Shown: positions 44,011 through 55,013 of the stretch, in pieces
Layout: each line of letters begins with the position of its first letter
Numbering within the stretch: the stretch's first letter is position 1
From: Paramoeba atlantica
Lineage: Eukaryota; Protista; Discosea
DNA length: 64,000 bases
NCBI GenBank assembly: GCA_977017575.1
Contig: CDRNVI010000048.1
Span: forward strand, 124,001 to 188,000
Direction: 5' to 3'
Position numbers and translations under genes: made by a program
Notes under the pieces: model-generated
Told to the model about the DNA's origin: nothing
Databases searched by the model: none
The model's input: only the letters and a program-made list of their open reading frames with translations

Positions 44011-44048
44011 CAACAAGGTACAGAAATTCAACAAGGTACAGAAACTGT
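44011..44048 (-). repeat. Tandem spliced-leader relics (20 nt plus 16 nt)
   Basis: Minus strand reads ACAGTTTCTGTACCTTGTTG-AA-TTTCTGTACCTTGTTG-actttttc..ATG. Confidence 0.9.
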
Positions 44049-44630
44049 GAAAGAGAAATTGCTCGTGCGGTCTAGTAGCGCAGTCCTCTGCCTTCTTCGT
44101 TTCTTCTGCCTTTCGGCGAGCCGTTTCTTCTGCCTTCAGTCTTCTGCGTCGTTGCCCGTTAGTTTCATCCACGATGACAGCGGAGGGGTTAAGAGGACGC
44201 AATATTTCTTCATCTGTGATCGGGCGATTGTACTCTGGTGTTTCGGATTGGCAGCGGCAATGCTAAAAGGGTACCAAATAAACTAATAACGTTGTGAACG
44301 GGAATGCCCGTCCGCGCAACCCGCAGCCAACCAACCCAAACAAAAACTAGTGGTAACGTTCGGATGAAAATAGTCTCTAAAATAGTCAAATAATTGTGTA
44401 TATGTCAAATTGTTCATGATTAGAAAAAACTCATCATTATGCGAGGACTGTTTTTATCCAAGACATTTGTATATATGATTGTTCCGTGCTGTCTTTTTTT
44501 TTTTGCAGCAAGAAGTAAACTTCCTGTCTCTTCAGTTAATAACACACCCAGGTTTACATATGAGATTAGATCAAAAGGGGTTAATATTTCCACTTTTTCA
44601 TTTATTAACTACGTTCGAAAAAGAACTTCT

Positions 44631-44880
44631 TCAAAAGGCAGACTCTTCGTCGCTGCGAGGGTCAATGAATCTCCGAAGCTGAGAAAGCGCGATCGACCAG
44701 TTCAACTCTTGCAAGCGCAAGGCGAGATCATGTATTACGAACTCTCGTGATAAGCCGCACACATCAGCAAGCGAGTTAAGGAGAATCTTAGTGCCGCTAT
44801 GAAGCGCTCCTCCAGAAAGCATGGGGATGCATTTAAATTGCTCAAACGGTATCAAACCTGTTTTGATGTACGTTTTTTTT
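44631..44880 (-). mobile_element. Short 3'-terminal CRE-clade fragment
   Basis: KKTYIKTGLIP..CIPMLSGGALH..QELN..SQLRRFI. Confidence 0.8.
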
Positions 44881-45524
44881 TTTGTATTAAGACCACTTTT
44901 TTTGACCCAGCAGACGAACCAAGTAGGTCCATTGGGGGGGGGGTATACGAGTTGAAAACAAGCAATCAAATTAGCAATTTGAAAATTTATCTTTTTTTTT
45001 TTTTACTAAAAACTAGCAAACAATTCTACCCGAAATCCACCCCTAATCAAATCACTCCCGCACCAAAACTAAGACCCGTGACGGCACGTCGGTTAGTGAC
45101 TTGGTACCCCCCCTTGCCCCCCCCCTTTCGCAGAGAAACACCCTTTTTTTTTTTTGCAATTAATAAGGGGGGAGAAGTATGAATCGCGGCATTGCCTCTA
45201 TATTTTGACCCAGTAGACGAACCAAGTACATAGTAGGTCCATTAGGGGGGTATATGAATTTAAAACAAGCAATCAAATTAGCAATTCTTTTCATTTCCAC
45301 AGAAGTATATTTTCTTTTTCTTTTTTTTTTAAGACCACTTTTTGTATTTTTTTTTTCCAATTAATGAGGGGGGAGATACAATTTTCGCTCATGATTTGGT
45401 CTTACGGTACCTTTTGAAACACTCAACGTGGTTTGGCGATCAAAGCCCCAGGTCAGAAAACATACATCACCAGTTTTGGCATTGCCAATGGCATTTTCTT
45501 TTTCTTTTTCTCTTTATGATGATG

Positions 45525-45586
45525 AAGAACACACTTTTTATAAAGAACACACTTTTTATAAAGAACACACTTTTTATAAAGAACAC
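45525..45586. repeat. 18-bp minisatellite AAGAACACACTTTTTATA x~3.5
   Basis: Reverse complement of the unit at 39779-39843. Confidence 0.85.
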
Positions 45587-45846
45587 CTACCAAGAATATA
45601 AAGAATGAATAATGAGTAAGCTATTAAAACAAGCAAAATTCACTCCAAACAAACAAAATTCACTCCTTGGTTCCTCCTATTGTAAAGTATATTGAGAAAA
45701 GTACAGACATTAACAGCAGCAATACTCTCCATGAGCTCTTTATCTGAAATAAGTTAATATCAACTTAGATCATGAGATGATATCAACGTAGATGACGGGG
45801 AATTTTATCAAATCAAATAGAGGTTGTAAGTGAAAGGAAATTCTGA

Positions 45847-46880
45847 TTAGTGTTCAAGTCCTCCGAGCCACTGAATTGGTGGAAAGTATTGTCGGAGTTG
45901 CGTGGCAATTGTGTACGCGTTCATCTTCTCTATTTCAAGTTGGAACGCTTCTTTGACATCCTTCACGTTTTGTTGTGACCGTTGTGCGAGCGAGACAATG
46001 AGAGTTTTCGTGTTGTTGTGCAACTGTCCTAATTCGGTCATTGCCAAGCAGCTGAAACTTTCTTTCGGTATGCCCCCTTGTACAACGTATTTTTTGTGCT
46101 TGCGCTCAAGGGCATTTTGGATTAACTGCTCGACGGAGGTTTTGGCATAGCTCGGGGCACAACTGTGAACTACGGTGACATCGTAGAGAATTTCTCCGAG
46201 ATGGGACCACATGATACCGAGATCAGGGCCTGATCGCATACGTCTTGCTCTGCATGGGTGATGTTCAGAGAGCTCTTCGGATATGGTGGCCTTACATTTG
46301 GTGCAGAAGAATGATGAATGTACTCGAGGTTCTATAACATGGGGCACCCCTGCTTTGGCACACAATTCACCTAGGAAACGGACTAATCGTGTGTGCTTCT
46401 TCGTTGCATTTATCCCACAGCATTGTGTACATCCAGGAATGTGCTGGAAGATGGTATCAGAAGAATATTCTGTCAGGCATCCCGGGCATACCACACTCTT
46501 AGGCATATTTTCTGGCACTATTCCCAGGTGCATCATTATACAGAAACGGAAGAGGTACGGATTGATGTAGTTGCTGGTTGATTGCAGGTGGTGAAATGAT
46601 GCGGATCCTCGCTCCATTAGTTCTTTGAGGCGCATGTCCTTTCTCAGCTCGGTTGCAAATCGTTTTTGTTCAGATCGTATTGCTTTCATGACTAATCGCT
46701 TGGAAGTATCATTCTTCTGGCTGTCACGTTCGTTCAGAGCCCTGTTTCGCTTGGATCCCGCTATGACCACCGGAGCGTTATTGGTTTTGGATTGCTCTTC
46801 AATGGCTTTGCGAGACACTTAGAAAAAGTGCTTTTGCTTCAAACATGACGGAGTAAGTCCGAGTCCGCCGACGTACACCA
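45847..46880 (-). mobile_element. 5'-truncated CRE-clade copy, close paralogue of 40208-41460
   Basis: Shares NYINPYLFRFCIMM, CTQCCGINATKKHTRLVRFLGELC, GPDLGIMW and WLGGL. Confidence 0.85.
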
Positions 46881-46882
46881 GA

Positions 46883-47360
46883 TGGAGTGTGTTGTGTTTT
46901 TCATTTCAAAAGAAGTGTTTTTTTCATAAAGAAGATTTTCTTGTAGTATATAAAAGGGGTTACAAAAGATAAGCTGGCTGCTCGCGCTCGATCTGGTCAA
47001 ATCTTCGGATTTGACTTGCGTGCTGCGTGGCACAGCTCCTAGCAAGCGATAAGGGGGGGCTTGTCCTAGGGAGGTAACATCTCCTCGGAGATATATTGCC
47101 TTTTTTCAATCAATCAAAATGATGATTGATGATTTTTAGGCAATATATCTCCGAGGAGATGTCACCTCCCTAGGACAAGCCCCCCCCTTATCGCTTGCTA
47201 GGAGCTGTGCCACGCAGCACGCAAGTCAAATCCGAAGATTTGACCAGATCGAGCGCGAGCAGCCAGCTTGTCTTTTTTTTAACCCCTTTTATATACTACA
47301 AGAAAATCTTCTTTATGAAAAAAACACTTCTTTTGAAATGAAAAAACACAACACACTCCA
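46883..47360. repeat. 478-bp foldback: ~220-bp inverted arms with a 36-nt spacer
   Basis: Arms at 46883-47101 and 47138-47360, with a few substitutions and homopolymer differences. Confidence 0.9.
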
Positions 47361-47382
47361 AAGATTATGCTGAATGACACCC

Positions 47383-47575
47383 ACCCTAGTTCCTTAGTAC
47401 CTTGTTATATCCGGTACCGGGCGGTGTCATTCTCACGCTGCAATGTCTGGGTGACCGTTACCCTAGTTATTTTGTGCCTTGTTTTGTTGACACCGGGTAG
47501 TGTCACCCGCGGGACCTTGATCGTACCCACCCTAGGTATGTAGCGTCTTGTTGTGCGACGCCGGGTGTGTTAGCT
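47383..47575. repeat. Three diverged ~70-bp tandem units, with a dispersed copy at about 8513-8556
   Basis: Each unit reads ACCCTAG..CTTGTT..CCGGG. CGTCTTGTTGTGC(T)GACGCCGGGT is shared between about 47540 and about 8530. Confidence 0.55.
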
Positions 47576-47869
47576 AAGGATGTATGGATCCCTGGTGTGG
47601 CCTCAAAGTGTGAATCAATTCTGTCAATCCTGTCGTACATGTTTAATTCGCGCCAAGCTTCCATTTCTCCTGCAGTCATATCATACCTAATATTCGTACG
47701 GACCAACTGTGAGAAGCTAGGTTGCCTTTCCATGCAGGAAACGGGTGAGTCTGATTCAGATAATAGTTTGCAGGAAAGTGATTGCAACGTATTGTTTGCA
47801 CGGGTGGTGCGGAGTTATGAGTTCCTGATCATAACACATAAAATACGGTACCGATGATCGTGGAGATAA

Positions 47870-48048
47870 GAACATTGCCTTCGAAGCGGTGACCTCCATT
47901 AAAATACCGATAAATGATGATATCTTTTCCATGGAAGAGCTAGAAGATGGAATAAGCCGGCTCGCACGCAACAAAGCGCCTGGAATAGACCAAATTCCTG
48001 CAGAAGTACTTTCGATTATCACGGAACACAAGGATCTGAGAAACGTAC
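47870..48048 (+). pseudogene. Fragment of a different non-LTR RT (pre-RT region, APE/LINE-like)
   Basis: FSMEELEDGISRLARNKAPGIDQIPAEVL; cut off by the VIPER terminus at 48049. Confidence 0.65.
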
Positions 48049-48202
48049 TGAAAGTTTACGAAAGTAATTCATCGGAGTGGTTAAAAATTTGTTTAGTATG
48101 TTGTCTTTATTACCTTCGTAGTGACGAATTACAAAATAGCATATTATTTTTTTACAGAATATTTTTCTATTCTTTTTCCTTCTAGGTGGGTAGTTTTGTT
48201 CA

Positions 48203-49459
48203 ATGGTTAAAACGCGAAGTGCAGCTGCGGAAATCGCGCAAGACTCACACGAACTTCCTGCAGAGCCATTGTTCCAAACACCTGGTCCAGCGGAACCCAC
48301 GCAAGGAATTACAGCAGATGTTTCTCAAGTAGCGCAAGAGTTGACGCAACGGTTTACTAAGCTGGATCGTACAGTTGACATGTTGGCCAGTCATGTGAGC
48401 ACACTACACATGTCATGGGACTCGATTCGAGAGACAATTCGACAGGAACTTCGGCAGGCTGTCAGTACCGCACGTATCCCAATGGTGGGTCTTGACGAAG
48501 TATCAGCAACACGTGCAGATCGATTCAATGATCCGGTTCGCAATCGCTGCGCGGTTGATGTAAGTACAAATTCCTTGTATGCCAGTCTACCCGTATTGGG
48601 TTCGGAAGCCTTAGCAGCAAAAGTCGCGGTGATTGCTGAACAGCTCAAGAGGAATGACCTCGAGATTGAAGTAACTTGGTTCCTTGCAACAGATAATCCC
48701 TCCAGTGCTACCACATGGCGTGGAATCCCACTCAGTGTAGACGAAGAAGAAGAAGAAGGGAAAAGTATTACCGTAAGTTATCTTTCTGGAAACTACAAGT
48801 TGCCGAATCCTAAAGTCAAGTACACACGTATTGAAATAGTTCAAAGTGAACCAGCGATGCCTGATCGGGTAGAGCAAGCTGTTGACAACACCGAATCAAC
48901 TCCAAATGATCAAGATGACTTTAAGATTAGAGATGTTCGGACTTGGAACAAATATTTAATGACAAACAGCGAATTTGGTGTTGATTTCTTGATTATACGC
49001 GTACAAACTGCTCTAGCGCTGCCTTCACCGTTGCCAAACAATTTGCGTCCAATGTGGGAAGTGCTTGTAGAGTGGATGAACGACATGAAAGGAAGAGGCG
49101 GAATCGACCAGGAAAACGTGCCCCAAGTCCGGACTGGACAACGTGCTCTCGACGACCTTCGTATGCAACAAGGAGTTTATCGTGGTGCGGACCCCAATTA
49201 CCTCCGAATGATTTATCAAGCTCAAAACGATCCGGAAGACGTCATTGGAAATGGAATACACCACAGTATTAACGTGCAGAAACGTCGACAAGGACCCTAC
49301 AGTCGGGGAACATCGCGCGGGCGTGGCTACTTTTCACGTTCTCGAGGTCGGAGTCAAGGGCGAAGCTATGGTACACCAAGTTCAGGCGCAGTTCCCAACG
49401 CCAGTAGTGCGTCAGCGTCCTCGGATTTTTCACGAGGGGGCGCTGGCCATCGAATGTGA
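48203..49459 (+). CDS. VIPER Gag-like ORF1
   Basis: 418-aa ORF (MVKTRS.., RG-rich tail) directly after the terminal repeat and ahead of YR. Confidence 0.7.
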   Translation: MVKTRSAAAEIAQDSHELPAEPLFQTPGPAEPTQGITADVSQVAQELTQRFTKLDRTVDMLASHVSTLHMSWDSIRETIRQELRQAVSTARIPMVGLDEVSATRADRFNDPVRNRCAVDVSTNSLYASLPVLGSEALAAKVAVIAEQLKRNDLEIEVTWFLATDNPSSATTWRGIPLSVDEEEEEGKSITVSYLSGNYKLPNPKVKYTRIEIVQSEPAMPDRVEQAVDNTESTPNDQDDFKIRDVRTWNKYLMTNSEFGVDFLIIRVQTALALPSPLPNNLRPMWEVLVEWMNDMKGRGGIDQENVPQVRTGQRALDDLRMQQGVYRGADPNYLRMIYQAQNDPEDVIGNGIHHSINVQKRRQGPYSRGTSRGRGYFSRSRGRSQGRSYGTPSSGAVPNASSASASSDFSRGGAGHRM

Positions 49460-49514
49460 CTCAAAAGAGTCCACCCCCATATCAGCCAGTTACAAAAAAG
49501 CGTAAATCCAAAAG

Positions 49515-51912
49515 CAGGGTTCGCAGAAACTATAATATAGTAAAATATAGTTTTTTTTATTGAATATAGTTACTATATAGTACTATATTTACTATATTTT
49601 ACTATAAAACTATAAGAAAACTATAAACTTTTGTTGCATTCCAAATGGTATTTTTTGTGTAAGTGAGTAACACACACGCGTTTTTATACGTCCATCGTCA
49701 CTCCACCTCCGCACTTAGCCTGCCCAAAGCCAAAAAAAATATAGCCCAAACTCGAAGTATCCGTTTTTAGTAAGAAATCATAGTAAAAACTGACTTGCAG
49801 CGGTGCAGACTCCAAAGAAAGCGGCAGTTTCCACAGGAAAAACGGTATCTCCCTTATGGCATGAAGACAAGCATCTAAAAAGGTAGAGATGGGGTAGAAC
49901 CATTGCCCCCCTACCCAGATGCGATAGTTCTTCGGGTCCGCAGAAATCATAGTAAAAACTGACTTGCAGCGGTACAGACTCCAAAGAAAATCCATCTCCG
50001 ACGTGTTCACGGAGTCTTGTTTCATAAGAGAGGAATATTTATGAGCTATCCGTTGCCCCTGGGCTTTCAAAGCGCTGATTCCATCTCCTGTTGCTACGTG
50101 GGCTACCTCGGCGACCGGGTCCAACTCAACTTCTATTGCCTGCGGGAGCGGATTCTGCTTCTCCACGGAAGAACGTAACCTACATCGAATAGATGTTTCT
50201 GCCGCCACCATTTCTGGAGACATACGCGCACGAAGATCATCATATATAAATCCCACGGAACTAAACAATCTCTCACAATTTGCCTCAGAAGCAACAAAGG
50301 AAGTCAGCTTCAGTTCCGCCCTAGACAAATGTAAAAATTTTCCTTTAATTGATAAATCCGACCAAAACTGAAACATTTCACTTTCTTTTTCAATAGAGGA
50401 ACCTTCGCTCATGTTAAAAAACTCCTGCACACGTCCACTAAACCACAATTTCAAATCTTGACGCATTCCCGACTCGGACGCTTCTTTATTAGGGGTTTTT
50501 GACAACTTTATCGCTAATTGCGGGCAGCACTTGCTGAGTCCTACGATGCAAGACCGTCCGTTCCAGTCAATGCATGGAGACAGTGATGCAGCAAGAAGAT
50601 GTTCGTGTCGTAATATTCGCATGAGACGATCAGCCAAGACCATCCCATGTGGCTGAGGTACGTCATTTATTAGCTGTATCCTCATTTGCATTGCCGTGGG
50701 GAGCGTACAATCATCTCTTTCCATGAATCTGCCAACAATGCGATAAATGAGAAGCGACTCAAGCCACGAAAACATTCGAGCTTTTGTCGTAAACGCTTCC
50801 CAATTAGAATCACCCAGAGCACGCTCGACCGAGTCAAAGATCGACCACCAACGTGTCGGACAAGGTGCCCGCCACTTTTCGTAATTTTTTCCGAGGCCTA
50901 AAATCTCATCAGTATTTTCCATCCGCATTATGTGCCCCATGCAAAGTTGAAGCGAGTGGACCATGCAAACAGTATAAGCTATTCCACTCTCTTCAGCGAT
51001 TATCATTAAACCCTTTTTGATTCCAGCTCCTGCGTCTGAAACCACGTGCGCCACAAAAATTCGATCGGCGTAAAGCTCCTCTATAACCTCTTTTAATAGA
51101 AGTTGAAAGGCGGATGCATCACTTGCGGGCATGGGTCTGACGGTCCAACACATAGACACACCATAGTTGATCATTGTAACGGCGCAGGTCGTACGATGGT
51201 GAAAAGTGGCTGTGTCTAAACATAAACTCACATGCGAAAATTTAAAACCAAGGTCAACGCACATCTTTACTCTAGTTTGCTTTGCATACTCAATGGTCAG
51301 TTCGTTTAATTTTTCCCTTTGAGGTGGAGTGGGACACATGCCTCGTACAATTCTGTTAAGAAACCAAGGATGCTCAAGAGCTGCGGTTGAAATTCCGAAC
51401 TCTGCTTTCCAAACTATTATATCCTTATGGTCCTGAGGTTTGGACGCTTGTGAAGAGATGTTTAACGTCGGATTTGCACGTCGACGCTTTTCGTTTTGTT
51501 CAGCACACCAGGTATCATATTTTTTCTCGTGTTTCACTAAGTGCTTCTCTGCGGAATGATAATCTGTCGATAGCCCTCTTGGAACCAAAAAACGCTTCTT
51601 ACTTCCCTCCTCACACAGGTTGCATTCCACCGCTGGTTTCTGTCCTTCCGTGCGCGGTACTTCACTAAAATAGTCTTTACAGAAATTTCCCCTCGTCAGT
51701 TTCGTTTCGGGCATCTGTTTCGGTTTTAAAATGAAGAAAAATTAAGAAAAAAAGGGATAAAAACACATTTGCATATGACTAGGATGGGTCAAAGGGCTTA
51801 AAAGCACCTTGAAATACGAAGAAAAAAAATATAGTTTTTTATAGTTTTTGAAAAAAGTTTATAGTAACTATATAGTACTATATTGATAGTTTTATAGTTT
51901 CTGCGAACCCTG
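49515..51912 (-). mobile_element. hAT DNA transposon, 2398 bp
   Basis: Perfect 21-bp TIRs CAGGGTTCGCAGAAACTATAA; perfect 8-bp TSD TCCAAAAG (49507-49514 and 51913-51920); AT-rich ACTATA subterminal repeats. Confidence 0.95.
49684..51714 (-). CDS. hAT transposase
   Basis: BED-like C..C..H..H, LCLDTAT (D), VVSDAG (D), CMVH (CxxH), CPTRW, SEANCERLFS (E). The C-terminus carries a 48-bp internal duplication (about 49773-49820 and 49942-49989). Confidence 0.9.
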   Translation of the reverse strand: MPETKLTRGNFCKDYFSEVPRTEGQKPAVECNLCEEGSKKRFLVPRGLSTDYHSAEKHLVKHEKKYDTWCAEQNEKRRRANPTLNISSQASKPQDHKDIIVWKAEFGISTAALEHPWFLNRIVRGMCPTPPQREKLNELTIEYAKQTRVKMCVDLGFKFSHVSLCLDTATFHHRTTCAVTMINYGVSMCWTVRPMPASDASAFQLLLKEVIEELYADRIFVAHVVSDAGAGIKKGLMIIAEESGIAYTVCMVHSLQLCMGHIMRMENTDEILGLGKNYEKWRAPCPTRWWSIFDSVERALGDSNWEAFTTKARMFSWLESLLIYRIVGRFMERDDCTLPTAMQMRIQLINDVPQPHGMVLADRLMRILRHEHLLAASLSPCIDWNGRSCIVGLSKCCPQLAIKLSKTPNKEASESGMRQDLKLWFSGRVQEFFNMSEGSSIEKESEMFQFWSDLSIKGKFLHLSRAELKLTSFVASEANCERLFSSVGFIYDDLRARMSPEMVAAETSIRCRLRSSVEKQNPLPQAIEVELDPVAEVAHVATGDGISALKAQGQRIAHKYSSLMKQDSVNTSEMDFLWSLYRCKSVFTMISADPKNYRIWVGGQWFYPISTFLDACLHAIREIPFFLWKLPLSLESAPLQVSFYYDFLLKTDTSSLGYIFFGFGQAKCGGGVTMDV

Positions 51913-52435
51913 TCCAAAAGTACGTATTCCGTTTCCAATAAAAATAGCAATACAGAAAAAAATAGAAAAACAACAAAGCAAGTTAGTAGTAGTGCATTCA
52001 TTGAAAACAAATCAAGTGGGCAAAGTGCAGAAGACGCAGACAAAAAAAGTCGTCCTCAAACAAAGTCCCTCAGTAAAAGCAAATTACGAAAGGAAATCCA
52101 GTTCGTGCTTTCACGTACATTAACAAAGAATATGAAAAGATATATTAAGAAGAAATAGAACTGGAAATAGAACATAACGAAAATTCATTGAAATCGTCAT
52201 ACATGTAGATCAGTTTCTCAAAGAGTACAAGTCTCATCACATCAGCACAGTTTGAAACAATGTTCCGGAATTCCATAATCAAAGTAACTTGTGAACGGGA
52301 AGACCCATCCCCTCAGCTCGCAGCCAACACAGTTCATACACGTACATAATTATTAACAAACCCTATTCAAATATAATCCCTCCTGAATTTCAATCCGTAA
52401 ACTTTTAGGCCAGATCAGTAAAACTCAATCGAACA

Positions 52436-53443
52436 ATGACAACGAAATCAAGTACGAATCGCCAGAACCAATCGATACAGCAAAAATTTTCAAACACGAG
52501 CATCCCATCGCATCAGAGACAACAGTGCCCATCTTCGACATCAGGAAGAGTTTCCAAACGTGGTATGATGAAGCTACCCGAAACATCGGCAAAATACATA
52601 TTACAAAAAATATTTCGGATTGCTCATCCGGAAATTATCACCAACCTACAGGGTATGTGGGAAAAATGCACTTGGGACACGAGGGCACGATTGGTCTCGG
52701 ATATGGTACGTCGGAAGTTGCCGTTAACCGACCAGGGCGTAGTCCTATATATAGTACGTATTCATACTACCATCCAGACAAAACTGATCTATTTGCGTCA
52801 CCTAATCGCCATTTTGCGCCGTATGGGACGATCAACTACGCAGACAGAAATGTATTCCAAAACTTTGATCCGCAGGGGGGCTACCATCCCGGGTCGACAA
52901 TCATCCCCTCTTACACGTGCTGCTTTGGAGAAGGTAACACGACAGATGTCCGAGGAAATGGCTGCTATAGTCCATATTGCTTTCAAAACGGCCTCCCGGT
53001 TGGGCGAAGTTTCCAAACTGAAGAGAAAAGATTTTATCACCCTTACCCCCAACAGGATTGTGATCAATTGGGGATGCAAGACCAAAACCACCCGGGAGCA
53101 ACCCTTTCGACCGGACAATTTGGTAGTCATCGAGGGACGGAGTACAAACCGTATTTACAATTATATCAAACATATCCCGCCCAACCAGCGCATCAGCAAT
53201 TTGACTACCCAACAAGTAACAAAGGTTTTGAAAACACATTTGGGAACAGGGTTTACCTCCCACTCTCTCAAACATGGGGCAATATCAGGATTGATGAGCC
53301 AAGTTGCTCAGGGCGACCTTACCATGGAGGAAGTAATGCGTTTAGCACATCATCGACAACTAACGACGCTGGTACGGTATGCTGGCGCAAGCGAAAATAC
53401 CGCTCTGGCTCTCGGCACACAAAAGGCGACACGATGCCTTTGA
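52436..53443 (+). CDS. Tyrosine recombinase of the VIPER element
   Basis: ASRLGEV (R), KTKT (K), HSLKHG (HxxR/K), HHRQLTTLVRY (H..Y). Confidence 0.85.
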   Translation: MTTKSSTNRQNQSIQQKFSNTSIPSHQRQQCPSSTSGRVSKRGMMKLPETSAKYILQKIFRIAHPEIITNLQGMWEKCTWDTRARLVSDMVRRKLPLTDQGVVLYIVRIHTTIQTKLIYLRHLIAILRRMGRSTTQTEMYSKTLIRRGATIPGRQSSPLTRAALEKVTRQMSEEMAAIVHIAFKTASRLGEVSKLKRKDFITLTPNRIVINWGCKTKTTREQPFRPDNLVVIEGRSTNRIYNYIKHIPPNQRISNLTTQQVTKVLKTHLGTGFTSHSLKHGAISGLMSQVAQGDLTMEEVMRLAHHRQLTTLVRYAGASENTALALGTQKATRCL

Positions 53444-54764
53444 TGAATATTGAAAATCTTGCTACGGGAGATTGGTGCACGGTCGGAGGCTTGCCTTTAC
53501 CTGGTCGAAAACGTACTTTAACACGCATACATCGACGAACGACGCTGCCGACAATACAAGAGAGGGACGCATACCCCCTACATGCATCGGCCGTGCATCC
53601 TATAAATTTGCAACGGGTACGTCAGTTAATGAATGATGAAACAAGGGCTAGGTTTGATGAACTATGAGGTACTCTAACAGAACCGAAAATTGAACTTAAT
53701 CAATCTACAATGCAACCGGTGTCCAAGACTACTTTGTCCATCCCAGATCTATACAAATTGGTTGAATGCGGAATAATTTCGAAGGTGGATGAACAAACGC
53801 TGAAAGATAACCCCACACGAGGATTGGTTGTTCCATTTACTACGGTAGAAGAGCGAGAAGACGGTATGCGGCGAAGGTTCATCTGTTGGCCATGTGAACA
53901 CAATGCCACTCTTCAAAATCAGTATACACCACAAGTTCCTATCACGCAACCAGTATTCTATGTTGATGCCTTAAAACATGAGCAAGCAATTAAAAGAGAT
54001 CTTAAATGTAGCTTTTTTCAGTTGGAGCTGCCACAAAAAGCGCGGGCATACTACCGTTTTCTATACCAGGGCAGAGTCTATGAATTAAATCGAATGCCGA
54101 TGGGTCACATGTGTGCCCCAGAGATCCAACAAACCGTCACTTCGGTTATAGCGGGACATGCAACATATTGCAACAACAGTGCAGCGAATATTCGGTTTGG
54201 ACGGGAAGGAGATTTGGGCATTTATGTCGACGGAATACGTTTTAGTGGTACAGCGACAGCATGTAAGGAGTACGAAACATGGCTCGAAGGTCGCGCCCAT
54301 GAAATTCAAGCTACTTTCAAAGAATCGGAGTCGATACGGGGCACAGCATATTCGTTTGTCGGTATCGAGTTTGATCACGATCAAGGCCAATATCGTCTCA
54401 CCTCTAAGTTTATCAAAAAAATTCCTCACATATTACCAAAAGAACTTCCGCTACACGCATTAAGGTCACTGAGCGCACGTTTGATTTACGGATCCGGAGT
54501 TTTGAAAATTAATATGCCTCGATATTATTGGGCCGTAAAGTTTGTTCGCCGACAGCTGTCCAAGTTAAATAGGGGAATGATAACAGATGTCGAAAAAGTA
54601 TGCATTCCTGTTAGCGTTTATAACGATCTTCAAATGTGGGTCAACGAGGTTAGGGCTAATCGGTGGTATAGTTATGATGCGCGATCGATATTAAAAACTG
54701 CTGTGATGTACACCGATGCTTCTCAAGCTGGATGGGGAGCCGTATTATTTACACCACTAGGCGA
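53434..54764 (+). pseudogene. VIPER RT and RNase H N-terminal part; one in-frame TGA at 53665-53667; interrupted at 54764
   Basis: ATG 53434 overlaps the YR stop. Motifs DLKCSFFQ, RMPMG, YVDG and YTDASQAGWG. Confidence 0.85.
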
Positions 54765-55013
54765 TTTGGAGTTGACTGCGGACGATAGTTTATTTTTTTT
54801 TTGTTTAGCGTGTAGATGTGCGACCCTTTCTTTTGTGGCAACCTAACAAGGATATATAAGATAATAGTAAATACCCATCCATCGTTTTTTGTAAGACCCC
54901 TGTCATTGCATTCTGCCACAATGACGGATCAGAGATAAGGCTTATATAAGGCTTGCGCGACTTTGCAAACTGTGTAATATTTCGTATTATGATATAAAAA
55001 CTAATGAGCTGAT

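Larger units (their letters stand above)
41548..44048 (-). mobile_element. SL-led CRE-clade element with N-terminal LsmAD domain and an internal deletion from RT motif YMDD to the RLE
   Basis: Tandem SL relics at 44011-44048 and ATG at 43978. The RT stops at AYMDDITL and is joined directly to (H)ELSPSN..AIKRKQ..QLRQYL. The equivalent missing interval in the full-length element is about 1.2 kb. Confidence 0.8.

Noticed and set aside
46883-47360. Sequencing fold-back chimera
   Set aside because: Arms carry substitutions and the flanks on both sides are unrelated unique sequence; a real foldback is more likely, though not proven.
47397-47406. Further SL relic (GTACCTTGTT)
   Set aside because: Only 10 nt, and it falls within the first unit of the local ~70-bp repeat.
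52525-53433. Separate 380-aa overlapping gene within the recombinase
   Set aside because: Only the last ~78 codons (from ATG 53434) look like the RT N-terminus; the upstream part has no motifs and is an alternate frame of YR. An extended overlap cannot be fully excluded.
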